In this document: positions 63,714 through 64,000 of the stretch, in pieces
Layout of the letters: each line of letters begins with the position of its first letter
How positions within the stretch are numbered: the stretch's first letter is position 1
DNA from: Amphiscolops sp. MND2022
Lineage: Eukaryota
Assembly (NCBI GenBank): GCA_964187785.1
Contig: OZ076409.1
Location: forward strand, 77,438,001 to 77,502,000
Reading direction: 5' to 3'
DNA length: 64,000 nucleotides
The notes under the pieces: generated by a model
Seen by the model: only the letters and a program-made list of their open reading frames with translations
What the model was told of the DNA's origin: nothing
Database searches by the model: none
Translations under genes and position numbers: made by a program

Positions 63714-63999
63714 TTAACTTTTGTGACTAAGCTGTTCAACGTGTTTCGTTTGTTTTTGATTTTTGACTGGAAGGCAAACAACCAGTCGCCATACAGGGAT
63801 TCTGTTCCAAAAGTTTTCAGCATAAGAAAAGATGTAATCATTTAGGTTATCCGATTTCATCGAATCGAGTATTTTCTTCCTCAGTGGTGTACCCAAATGC
63901 TTTGCAGTTTTCGATGTAAATTTAAAACTTTTGCCCGCGTCAGTAACTAGGTTCATAAACTGCAGTGCTAGCCTTGGTTCTGCGTCTTCAGTTGGCGCG
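63714..63999 (-). other. Open frame entering from the right edge; possible host exon of unknown identity
   Basis: About 95 stop-free codons (APTEDAEPRLALQFMNLV...YAENFWNRIPVWRL) in AT-rich DNA. No recognisable domain. Confidence 0.25.
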
Positions 64000-64000
64000 G

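Overview
AT-rich, gene-poor eukaryotic (probably invertebrate; inference) DNA that is mostly decayed transposable elements. Left to right: (1) a ~1,075-bp tandem array whose unit is an imperfect foldback built from 33-bp sub-repeats; (2) a degraded non-LTR retrotransposon; (3) a ~1-kb non-autonomous TIR element; (4) a possible protein-kinase pseudogene; (5) a complete 5.8-kb Mag-like Ty3/Gypsy element (ATAGC TSD); (6) a ~9.15-kb tandem duplication (11989-21160 / 21158-30305) joined at a 3-bp microhomology, which fuses a BEL/Pao fragment to a Gypsy fragment and duplicates three hairpin/MITE-like elements; (7) a complete 7.1-kb BEL/Pao element (ATATT TSD) with an extra ORF upstream of gag; (8) an 18.8-kb Gypsy element with unusual cargo. 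That cargo is a dead plus live tandem protease, an integrase tail with an AT-hook, a Cys cluster and two tandem TARG1/Poa1p-like macrodomains, and a ~1,400-codon second ORF with an SGNH-like segment in the env position. The BEL extra ORF also looks SGNH-like. Domain calls are by-eye motif matches and need HMM or structure confirmation. No rRNA, tRNA, CRISPR array or confidently intact host gene was seen.
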